A stretch of DNA of 40,000 bases from Eubacteriales bacterium (GCA_045534025.1 JAZSIW010000009.1:1-40000); one strand, 5' to 3'. Counted from the stretch's first letter, positions 25,101-32,271 are shown. Numbers and translations: made by a program. The notes: generated from the letters alone by a model not told the origin.

Positions 25101-25862
25101 CTATTTAGCTCCTTTTCTTCGTTTTAGCTTTACGCTGTTTTCCTTTGAGGGGATAATCTCAAGTATGTCCCCGTGTTTTCTCTTGAGAAGCTTTAACATA
25201 TCGGTTTTGCGCTTCCACGCCTCTGCGCATCCTCCGTCTGCAAATCTGTCAATATCAGCGCAGGTGTCGTCTATGCTAACAAAAGCTCCGTAGCGTTTGA
25301 TTATTTGAGCACACATATCGGTATCTTGGAGGACAACAAAGTTGCGGTCAAATCGCAAATCCGTATTTATCAAGCCGTAAAAGCCCGTATCGCACAGTTT
25401 CCGTCTGTTATGGCCCGGCCGCATAAACATAGCGTTCCTTGTCATTGAAAGCCCAAAGCCAACCGTCTTTTCAAGCCTGCAAATTGCAAACCCTCTGCGG
25501 CAAAGAGTTAAAAGCTCTTCGAACTTTTGTACGTTAACGAGCTTTCGCTTCCCCGTTGCTTTATCTATCGTAAGGCGTTTTATCGCTTTTATGTCGTCTT
25601 CCAATATTACAATTTTTACGCCCTTTGAGTGGTAGTCTAAAAGCGTGTTAAAATTATCCGCAGCGCAACTCCCCCCCCGGTATAAGAAGGCGCCTACACG
25701 CTTGTTGACTCCTGCACGGGTGTACGCCTGCCGGTCCTCCTCTGTCTGCACGGAAAGAGATATCCAATCTTTCGGACATCCCATCGACTCAAGCAAATCG
25801 AGCGTTTTTTGGCGTCCGGCTCTTTTGTAGCTTGGTATGCAAAATAAAAATTCGGGCGTCAT
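25101..25862 (-). CDS. GT-A-fold-like transferase (paralogue 2)
   Basis: 253 aa. N-terminal FCIPSYKRAGRQ resembles the GT2 IPTYNR block. DxD-like IVILEDDI. C-terminal GGCAEAW is shared with the upstream paralogue. ATGA overlap with the upstream gene. Confidence 0.5.
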   Translation of the reverse strand: MTPEFLFCIPSYKRAGRQKTLDLLESMGCPKDWISLSVQTEEDRQAYTRAGVNKRVGAFLYRGGSCAADNFNTLLDYHSKGVKIVILEDDIKAIKRLTIDKATGKRKLVNVQKFEELLTLCRRGFAICRLEKTVGFGLSMTRNAMFMRPGHNRRKLCDTGFYGLINTDLRFDRNFVVLQDTDMCAQIIKRYGAFVSIDDTCADIDRFADGGCAEAWKRKTDMLKLLKRKHGDILEIIPSKENSVKLKRRKGAK

Positions 25863-26626
25863 TCTTTTTTCTTCTTTCTCAAATCTATTCTGTTGTTATC
25901 TCGCAATAGCACCCTTGCTTCGTGGGGCTTGTTTTTCTGTGGTGCTAAAATGTTTGGGTAAGCCTTGGAAAGTCTCTCTACGGTCTTTAAATTTTCGTCT
26001 GAGTGCCAAATTTCGTAGCAACCGCCTGCATTCGTCCGATGCTTTGCATTCGGGGCGAGAAAATTGTATCGCAACACTTCTCCGCCACCTTCGAGCACCC
26101 TTGCACACATTTCTATGTCTTCTTTTGTTTTGTAGCTTTCGTCGAACAACAGCTCATGCCCTTTTGTGAAGCCAATTACCGTGTTCACCGTAACCGTCGT
26201 CGATATGCTCGGCGACATAAAAAAAGCGTTATGCACGGGGTAAATCCCGAACAACGACGCTTTCCTCTTTTGTGCCATATTAAAGCACTTGTTTAGTAAT
26301 TCTGCGAACTCCTCGCGTGTATCGATGGGTACGAGTTTGTTTCCTCTAAGCTTCCCTATGCTTGAAACATCATCGTCAAACATAAGGATATTTGTGGCAC
26401 CCGAAAAATACCTCAGAGCGTTGTTCCTTGCTGCCGCTACTCCGTTTGCCGGGGTAAGGATTATGTTCGCCCTGTCTTCGTGCTTTTTGTAAGCCTCTCT
26501 GTCATTTGCGGTTTGCACAAAAATGTATATACGTTCTTTGGGTATTCCAAGCCCCGATAAATAATCAAGTGTTATCTGTTTTTCGGCTCTCCTGTATGAA
26601 GGTATTGCCATTACAAAGTTCTCCAT
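25859..26626 (-). CDS. GT-A-fold-like transferase (paralogue 1)
   Basis: 255 aa. RBS GAAGGAGGG. MAIPSYRRAEKQ, DxD-like ILMFDDDV, and C-terminal GGCYEIW. Confidence 0.5.
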   Translation of the reverse strand: MENFVMAIPSYRRAEKQITLDYLSGLGIPKERIYIFVQTANDREAYKKHEDRANIILTPANGVAAARNNALRYFSGATNILMFDDDVSSIGKLRGNKLVPIDTREEFAELLNKCFNMAQKRKASLFGIYPVHNAFFMSPSISTTVTVNTVIGFTKGHELLFDESYKTKEDIEMCARVLEGGGEVLRYNFLAPNAKHRTNAGGCYEIWHSDENLKTVERLSKAYPNILAPQKNKPHEARVLLRDNNRIDLRKKKKE

Positions 26627-27068
26627 TAGCTACCCTCCTTCTCAACTCTGTCGAGCTTAATCCGTGCGCCCTGCTATTATAATAAATTTCGATGCCGAGG
26701 TCCCTGCAGGCTTGCTTCCCGGTGAAATCTTTGTCTCTATAATCTTCCCCTACAAATCGTATGTCTATGGGGAGTGAGCGAATGGCTAACTCCAAGTCTG
26801 CCTCGCTTTCAAGTGGTACTACCTCATCTACGGCTCTGTGGCCCACAAGCTGGGCGTATCGTTCGAATACCGATTGTACGGGCTTGTTTTTGAACGGTCT
26901 GTCCGTAGTCGGGTCTGTTATTATGCCGACGTATAAATAGTCGCAGTACATTTTACATTCATCGAGCATCAACGAATGCCCTGCGTGTAACAAATCTCCT
27001 ACAACCGATGTGAAGCCGATAATTAACGGCTTTGCGCTTTTTTTGCTACTCGCTAAAGAGCTGTCCAT
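26565..27068 (-). CDS. Cytidylyltransferase-family nucleotidyltransferase (TagD/ECT/RfaE-II-like)
   Basis: 167 aa. GFTSVVGDLLHAGH carries the HxGH signature. Also YVGIITD and the C-terminal RAHGLSSTELRRRV (R..G.S[ST]T motif). Confidence 0.75.
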   Translation of the reverse strand: MDSSLASSKKSAKPLIIGFTSVVGDLLHAGHSLMLDECKMYCDYLYVGIITDPTTDRPFKNKPVQSVFERYAQLVGHRAVDEVVPLESEADLELAIRSLPIDIRFVGEDYRDKDFTGKQACRDLGIEIYYNSRAHGLSSTELRRRVANGELCNGNTFIQESRKTDNT

Positions 27069-28131
27069 TCTTATCTATCATCCCTTTTGCCATGGTTTTG
27101 ACTATCTGCTTCCCTTTTTCGTCTTTATATCTGTACAGCCTTATAATGTACATCAAGTGGAGCCCTACAACGATATCGTAAATGCCCCTGCGCTTGAGTA
27201 TGCAATCCAATGTTGCGAGGTATGCCGTGTTGTTTGCTTCACTTATGCCGAAAGCGTATTCGTATCCGCTAAGCGACATTCTAAGCTTAGCAAAATCTAA
27301 AAGGTAGCTTGAGCTTTCTCTAAAATAGCGTGGGTCTATGAAATAAAGCTGCCCATCGTCGCCTTTGATGATATTGCTTAATATCATATCGCCGTGAGAA
27401 TAGCTTGCGTGCCTGTGAAAAGCTTCTTTGTGATGTGTGATAAAACGCTTGCACAAATCTATTATCCCGTTCATTTCTTTGTCGCTGGAGTAATTGCCTT
27501 CCAAAATCTCAATATGCGGTGTTATGTCAAACGCTGCCTTCCTTCTCTTTGAAAACTCAAGGATAGTAAATAAGACTTTGGCAAAATCTTCGTCGGTAAA
27601 GCAGTCTACAAGGTTTTTCCCTTCTATGAAGTCCATATAAACTGCGTTGTATAGGCAAGAAATAACCCTCGGAAACTTGCATGCGCCGGCGTTATCTTCG
27701 ACCCATTCGCGAAAACGGGCGGTATCTTCTACGCTCCCAAGCATCTTTTTTACCGTTTTGCCGAGGCGGTATATAGGCTTGTTAGAGCCTCCTCCGTGTA
27801 ACATTCCAAAGGTACCGGAGTGGAAGTCTGCTAAGTTAACCGCTTTGTCGTCAACATACAAATCTCCGATGGGCTTGCCGAATATCAGTTCATCGCACGG
27901 CACATCGTGCTTTTTTAGCCACCTTATTATCTGCGCTCGATTGCGGGCCTCTATCAACGCTAAATCGCCGTTGCATGAAACCTGACCTCTTGCTGTGTGA
28001 ATGACTATCTCGCATCCATCCTCTTTGAGCTGCCGCATCTTCTCGACAGTTTCAAGAATGGGCGTAGCGTTCTCGTAATCACGATTTATGTGAGTGCTTA
28101 TGGTGTCGTCTAAATCAAATACTATGCGCAT
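27046..28131 (-). CDS. Fusion protein: small HAD-superfamily phosphatase (N-terminal) plus choline-kinase/APH-fold kinase (C-terminal)
   Basis: 361 aa. RBS GGAAGGAGAGG. HAD motif I VFDLDDT, motif II IHTAR, and motif III/IV GKPIGDLYVDDK. Kinase part has LHGGGSNKPIYRLGKTVKK, catalytic HGDMILSNII, and YFIDPRY. Confidence 0.7.
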   Translation of the reverse strand: MRIVFDLDDTISTHINRDYENATPILETVEKMRQLKEDGCEIVIHTARGQVSCNGDLALIEARNRAQIIRWLKKHDVPCDELIFGKPIGDLYVDDKAVNLADFHSGTFGMLHGGGSNKPIYRLGKTVKKMLGSVEDTARFREWVEDNAGACKFPRVISCLYNAVYMDFIEGKNLVDCFTDEDFAKVLFTILEFSKRRKAAFDITPHIEILEGNYSSDKEMNGIIDLCKRFITHHKEAFHRHASYSHGDMILSNIIKGDDGQLYFIDPRYFRESSSYLLDFAKLRMSLSGYEYAFGISEANNTAYLATLDCILKRRGIYDIVVGLHLMYIIRLYRYKDEKGKQIVKTMAKGMIDKNGQLFSE

Positions 28132-28160
28132 CGTTCCTCTCCTTCCTTTCGTTGATTTAA

Positions 28161-28198
28161 AGAAAAAACAGCCCTATCCGTAGATGGGCTGTTTTTTA
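28161..28198 (-). terminator. Strong intrinsic terminator in the leader of the late operon (bidirectional-looking)
   Basis: Minus strand reads AAAAAACAGCCCAUC-UACG-GAUAGGGCUGUUUUUUCU. The stem is 7+3 bp with one bulged A, with a tetraloop and a U6 tract. It ends ~30 nt before the RBS of the 28131 gene. Confidence 0.8.
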
Positions 28199-28252
28199 GG
28201 GGAACGTATGAAGAAAATATCAAAAACATATTTGCAATATTTTACATCATAT

Positions 28253-28281
28253 ATTCTACCACACTCTTTTTGCCTTGTAAA
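28253..28281 (-). promoter_or_regulatory. Sigma-A/sigma-70-type promoter: TTTACA - 17 nt - TGgTAGAAT
   Basis: Minus strand has a -35 TTTACA (28281-28276), a 17-nt spacer with an extended-10 TG (28261-28260), and a -10 TAGAAT (28258-28253). It lies in the 189-nt gap after the regulator gene. Confidence 0.6.
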
Positions 28282-28320
28282 TGCCCTGTTTTTGCCCCGA
28301 AACGGAGCACAACAGAGCTG

Positions 28321-28989
28321 CTAAAACTTTTCTATGCCGCAAATCCCGTACAAAAGGGAAGTGAGGCAGGAAACGGCGGCGTCTATGTCCTTGTATACTG
28401 TGCGCTTGTCTATATGCTCCGTGTTGGCTATGCTCTGCGCCGTGGTAGGGATTTCGTCAAGGTACATCGCCTTGAGTATGCGGTAGTGCCTTTTGTCGTC
28501 CTCTCGGTTGGAACGTTCACACATAAGAGCGTAAACATCAAGCATACGGTTAACGTGGGTCATTATTATCTTTGTGCGTACCGTGGAGCTTTTTATGGCC
28601 TCCACGCTAAAATTATCTTCGTAGCCCTTGCTTGACATCATTTCCATAATGTCGATAAAGCTTTCGTCTACTTCTTCCGCCTGTTCTATTTCAAAAATGG
28701 CGTTATTAAAGTGTTCGTTGAGGTGCCTATAGTTCTGCATAAGGAGCTTCGTATTGTGGTATCTGCGGTCATATTGACGCTCTCGGAGCTTCTTTTTCTC
28801 ACGCTCTATAGATTTAATAGCCGCTTTAGCTCCTACCTCTGCACCTACCGCCGCACCGATTTGTGTGCCAAGAGTAATGGCCGCTTTAAGCTTTTCGTCG
28901 ATGTTTTTGTTTGCTACGTCATAAGCTGCGATAACGGCTGCCTTGATTATTTCCTCGATTTCAAGCCCCGTCCTGTTGTTTGTTCCCAT
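28321..28989 (-). CDS. Putative late-gene transcriptional regulator (ArpU/RinA/sigma region-4-like C-terminus)
   Basis: 222 aa. RBS GAGGAGGTG. Central RRYHNTKLLMQNYRHLNEH and C-terminal HTH-like YRILKAMYLDEIPTTAQSIANTEHIDKRTVYKDIDAAV. It is the last gene before the late promoter. Confidence 0.45.
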   Translation of the reverse strand: MGTNNRTGLEIEEIIKAAVIAAYDVANKNIDEKLKAAITLGTQIGAAVGAEVGAKAAIKSIEREKKKLRERQYDRRYHNTKLLMQNYRHLNEHFNNAIFEIEQAEEVDESFIDIMEMMSSKGYEDNFSVEAIKSSTVRTKIIMTHVNRMLDVYALMCERSNREDDKRHYRILKAMYLDEIPTTAQSIANTEHIDKRTVYKDIDAAVSCLTSLLYGICGIEKF

Positions 28990-29218
28990 ACTCTACACCT
29001 CCTCGACACTCCAAATCTTCCGGCGTTATCAGCGTTGCATCTATGCTGTCGTTAAAAGTTTTTACGGCAGCGACAAATTCATCACACGCCATACCCGCGG
29101 TTTCAGCCGTAGCCGACATGCGGCGTACAGCCCTTTTTAAGCGTTTGAGCCTTAAGTTGTGCTTCAATATGGCTTTTTTTATACGCAATTTATTCAGCCA
29201 CTTTTGAAATAACTGCAT
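28961..29218 (-). CDS. Hypothetical basic small protein
   Basis: 85 aa. RBS TAGGAGGA. Lys/Arg-rich N-terminus. Confidence 0.5.
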   Translation of the reverse strand: MQLFQKWLNKLRIKKAILKHNLRLKRLKRAVRRMSATAETAGMACDEFVAAVKTFNDSIDATLITPEDLECRGGVEYGNKQQDGA

Positions 29219-29231
29219 TGTGTCTGTCCTC

Positions 29232-29741
29232 CTAAGTCAAAAATCTAAGTATTCCCCCGACATACGGTACCCGGTACTCTTTTATGTCCTCCGGCTTAAC
29301 ATACTTTCGTCCGTATATCGTTTTCATATTCTTAAAGGTCTGCCAAGGGATTTTGTAGTATCTCTCGAAGCTAAAGGAAACGAGAACAAAGCAATAGGCT
29401 CCGTAGCTTTCGTGTTCGTTCAAGTCCTTCTCTTGTTCATCAGATATCACGCTTTGCTGTATGCGGTCCGTGTCGGTATGCTTTGCATCAAACACCACCG
29501 AGCGCCCGGTTCGCAACGTTCCCTTGAAGTCCGGCTGAGCCTTTTTCTCATAATGTGCTATGAATTTGCCATTGCCTAAATCTTTTATAGGCTTCATAGG
29601 CTCCGGCGTCTTTTCTATCTTTGCTATTCCTTGAATGTTGTAATAATCGCAGGCGGTTTCGATAATCGACTCAAATTCTCTGCCATTATATTTGTTGCGC
29701 CTGCCTTGTATTATCCTTCTGTATTGCGCCGAGTCCATCAT
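29232..29741 (-). CDS. recU: RecU-like Holliday junction resolvase
   Basis: 169 aa. GREFESIIETACDYYNIQGIAKIEKTPEP...DFKGTL.TGRSVVFDAKHT...GAYCFVLVSF follows the RecU pattern (G..fE..I...Y...g.A.i.K.PtP...DY.G....Gr...FeAKeT). Confidence 0.7.
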   Translation of the reverse strand: MMDSAQYRRIIQGRRNKYNGREFESIIETACDYYNIQGIAKIEKTPEPMKPIKDLGNGKFIAHYEKKAQPDFKGTLRTGRSVVFDAKHTDTDRIQQSVISDEQEKDLNEHESYGAYCFVLVSFSFERYYKIPWQTFKNMKTIYGRKYVKPEDIKEYRVPYVGGILRFLT

Positions 29742-30010
29742 AGCACCCCGATTTCTACGGCGTACTGCTGTACTTTGTATGCGGTGGCGCTTTTAACGCC
29801 CTTGCAATCGCCCCTAAACAGCCCTTTAAGCAATTTTTCTACCTTGCCTGCGTCTTTGTTAGGCTCTGCATCTAAAACGGCTTTTTGGGGCGAATTTGCG
29901 CTTTTAAAAGCCTCTACAAGCTGTGCATCTGTCATTTTGCGGAGCTTTACGGCTTCGTTATGTATTTCAAGCTCCTCCGGTGTGTATCTGCATTTTCTCT
30001 TTTTTGCCAT
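29738..30010 (-). CDS. Hypothetical protein
   Basis: 90 aa. Strong RBS AAGGAGGT. ATGA-type overlap with recU. Confidence 0.55.
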   Translation of the reverse strand: MAKKRKCRYTPEELEIHNEAVKLRKMTDAQLVEAFKSANSPQKAVLDAEPNKDAGKVEKLLKGLFRGDCKGVKSATAYKVQQYAVEIGVL

Positions 30011-30022
30011 ATTTATACCTCC

Positions 30023-30421
30023 TTACTTAAACGGTAGTTCATCATCGTTTGCAAGTTCTTCGTAGTGATTTGAGCCGTTTGGCTCACTATAAGACGGTGC
30101 TACCGGTGTGCCTGCCTGCTTGCTGCCGCAAAATTCTGCTTCTTCAACGACGATTTCAATAACCGTCCTGTTGTTTCCGTTTTTGTCTTGGTATCTGCGG
30201 CTCTCCAAATGACCTTCTATAAGTATCTCTTTGCCTTTGTGGAAATTATTACTTATAAATTCCGCAAGGTTTCTCCATGCTACGCAATCGAAAAAGTCCA
30301 CCGTTTCACTTACGTGGGGTCTTTTTACCGCTATTCGAAACGAGCAAACAGCCACTCCGTTAGGCGTCTGTTTTAGCTCCGGGTCGTTTGTTAAACGTCC
30401 CTTCTCTATAACCTTGTTCAT
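30023..30421 (-). CDS. ssb: Single-stranded DNA-binding protein
   Basis: 132 aa. OB-fold pattern GRLTNDPELKQTPNGVAVCSFRIAV...DFFDCVAWRNLAEF, and an acidic C-terminal tip DDELPF. Confidence 0.9.
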   Translation of the reverse strand: MNKVIEKGRLTNDPELKQTPNGVAVCSFRIAVKRPHVSETVDFFDCVAWRNLAEFISNNFHKGKEILIEGHLESRRYQDKNGNNRTVIEIVVEEAEFCGSKQAGTPVAPSYSEPNGSNHYEELANDDELPFK

Positions 30422-30495
30422 ACTGTATCTCCTTTTTCTCTAATTTGCGCTTGAGGCGGGCTATCTTGTAATCCACCTCCGGCTGTATTTTGTTT

Positions 30496-30792
30496 TCACC
30501 CCCAATCCAAAGCCTGTCCGCAGTCCGGGCAGTAAGCACAGCCCCAATTATTGATACCGTACTCAAAGTCGCCGTTACCGCAGTTCGGGCATTTGGCGTT
30601 ATCGTAGATGAGGTTTCCGTCCTCGTCGTAGCCGTCGCCCCAAAATTCGGGTGGTTGCGGTATTTGTTTTAAGATAGCCTTTCTTCCGATTTCGCAAGCC
30701 TCGTTTACAGGCTCAATACTCTCGTAGTGTTCGCGGTGCGTCGGGTCAAGGATTTCGGCGGCTCTTTCGAGCATCATTTCCTGTTTGCTCAT
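30496..30792 (-). CDS. Small zinc-ribbon protein
   Basis: 98 aa. CPNCGNG...CAYCPDCG (two CxxC pairs). Confidence 0.55.
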   Translation of the reverse strand: MSKQEMMLERAAEILDPTHREHYESIEPVNEACEIGRKAILKQIPQPPEFWGDGYDEDGNLIYDNAKCPNCGNGDFEYGINNWGCAYCPDCGQALDWG

Positions 30793-31193
30793 GCACCCAC
30801 CTCCTCAATGGCTTTTATGACCTCCGCTGTGGTCTGTCCTTTTTTTATTCCTACCATAATTGCGGGCGGTGTCGGCATTTCTGCCGCGATAGGCCGCCAA
30901 AGGTGAAGGCAATTAGGGATGTTATTTACATATTCGCTCTTTGCCGGGTGATACTGTACTACGGTTTCATTTTCTCTGAAAAACATATCTTTCAGCTTGC
31001 ACATATCGTCCCATGACGGCGTTATCTTCCTGTTGCACGGTGCTACGCTAACGTGTTCCCAACCTCCGCCGTTGCTCCATATTACCGTAGCCCAACGTTT
31101 ACCGGCTTGAAATATCACTCCGCACCCGCCGTCGGGAGCGGTCCGGGCGATAAGTAAATTCGGTATGTTTTTGAGTTCTTCGTTTGTCTTCAT
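30789..31193 (-). CDS. Conserved phage protein of unknown function
   Basis: 134 aa. GGGWEHVSVAP...PSWDDMCKLKDMFF...VVQYHPAKSEYVNN.PNCLHLWRP is a pattern I recognise from many phage early regions. Function unknown. Confidence 0.55.
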   Translation of the reverse strand: MKTNEELKNIPNLLIARTAPDGGCGVIFQAGKRWATVIWSNGGGWEHVSVAPCNRKITPSWDDMCKLKDMFFRENETVVQYHPAKSEYVNNIPNCLHLWRPIAAEMPTPPAIMVGIKKGQTTAEVIKAIEEVGA

Positions 31194-31885
31194 TTAGCTG
31201 CCTCCATTTCTGCCCGTAGGGACTCTTTGATGTAGTAGTTGAGTCCAAGCTGCCGACAAAGCGTTTCGGCTCTCCTGCCAAAGTCCGCCCAATCAATGTT
31301 GGATTTGTGATAGTTCAGTTTGCCGATTTTGACCTTATCGACAATCGGTGCTACCAAGTGTAGGTTGATGAAAAACTCTCTATCATCGGTTACGGGCTCG
31401 AATGATACCCAAGTCTTTATGCCGAGGCTGTGCGCCTGTGCGAGAGCGTCAACCCTTGCTTTCCATTGCGGGTTTCTGCCGTTGCCAATACCGTCGAGGG
31501 TTATGCCGTACCAATCCTCCGGACCGAGCAAATCAAAATCACGGCTGCCGTCGCCTTTGGTGAGGATTTGCACGTTATTACCGGTGCTTTTCAGTAGGGA
31601 GATTATCTCGCGTGTTACGGTGGTGTCGTAACCGTGAGGGTATGGGTCGCAAGTAAAACAAAGGTGTATAAGCTTCCCTTTGATGCCCTCATGCTCTATC
31701 TGCTTCCGTGTTTCTTCGACGATGTTCGGCTTTGGCTCTACAACGCTATGGAATTTTTCTCTGTCTTTATGTAAGACATTGGGCGCAAAGCAGTAATAGC
31801 ATCTATGAGGGCACCCCGTGTATATGTTTATTGCGTAGTCTCCGTATTCTTTTGCTTTGCCCTTTGGTATGTAAATAGGCTTCAT
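31190..31885 (-). CDS. Radical SAM enzyme, short SplB/COG1533-like, 231 aa
   Basis: INIYTGCPHRCYYCFAPN carries CX3CX2C in the context N.Y.GC.H.C.YC typical of COG1533 'DNA repair photolyase'-type radical SAM proteins. Confidence 0.75.
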   Translation of the reverse strand: MKPIYIPKGKAKEYGDYAINIYTGCPHRCYYCFAPNVLHKDREKFHSVVEPKPNIVEETRKQIEHEGIKGKLIHLCFTCDPYPHGYDTTVTREIISLLKSTGNNVQILTKGDGSRDFDLLGPEDWYGITLDGIGNGRNPQWKARVDALAQAHSLGIKTWVSFEPVTDDREFFINLHLVAPIVDKVKIGKLNYHKSNIDWADFGRRAETLCRQLGLNYYIKESLRAEMEAAK

Positions 31886-32082
31886 CTTTCATCCTCCGTC
31901 AAGTCAATTTCTTCCGTATCCTCCTGCCGTCGCCACGATATGTCTATGTGTCCGCAGTTCTTACACTTCGACACCGTAACAGTAACATTCTTGTATTTTT
32001 CGACATCCTTATATACGCAGGGGTCGAGTTCATGTGCTCCGTCGGGCTTTATAACGGCTCCGCTATGCTTACACTTTTCCAC
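31882..32082 (-). CDS. Small Cys-containing (zinc-ribbon-like) protein
   Basis: 66 aa. GTG start with RBS AGGAGGAAGG. CKNCG motif plus N-terminal Cys/His. ATGA-type overlap with the radical SAM gene. Confidence 0.5.
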   Translation of the reverse strand: MEKCKHSGAVIKPDGAHELDPCVYKDVEKYKNVTVTVSKCKNCGHIDISWRRQEDTEEIDLTEDER

Positions 32083-32109
32083 TCTTTCCTTCCTCCTGTA
32101 TGTTGTCTA

Positions 32110-32232
32110 TTATTTCGGATATTGCTTCGATGGCACCAAACGCAAATATTTGCATTGACTCCGTAGAGAGGATGCCAATCCCTCAAGTATGCCGAGGTTT
32201 CGTTGAATAGCTGCGTAGTTATCGAGGGTCAT
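32110..32232 (-). CDS. Possible 40-aa ORF
   Basis: ATG at 32232 preceded by GGAAGGAG. Reads MTLDNYAAIQRNLGILEGLASSLRSQCKYLRLVPSKQYPK*. It is below the ORF-track cutoff and has no recognisable motif. Confidence 0.3.
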   Translation of the reverse strand: MTLDNYAAIQRNLGILEGLASSLRSQCKYLRLVPSKQYPK

Positions 32233-32248
32233 TTTTCTCAACTCCTTC

Positions 32249-32271
32249 CAAAAACCACCGCTAAAAGCGGT
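32249..32271 (-). terminator. Weak terminator-like hairpin after the Dam-like gene
   Basis: Minus strand reads ACCGC-UUUUA-GCGGU followed by GGUUUUUGG. The stem is only 5 bp. Confidence 0.3.

Noticed and set aside
28208-28324. 38-aa plus-strand ORF (MKKISKTYLQYFTSYILPHSF...) in the late-promoter gap, the only plus-strand ORF not antisense to a gene
   Set aside because: It has only a weak RBS (AGGGGAA), no recognisable features, and runs straight through the minus-strand promoter elements. It is kept only as a remote possibility.
30360-30566. 68-aa minus-strand ORF bridging the zinc-ribbon gene and ssb
   Set aside because: It overlaps both neighbours out of frame, has no RBS, and the 74-nt gap is too short to hold an independent gene.
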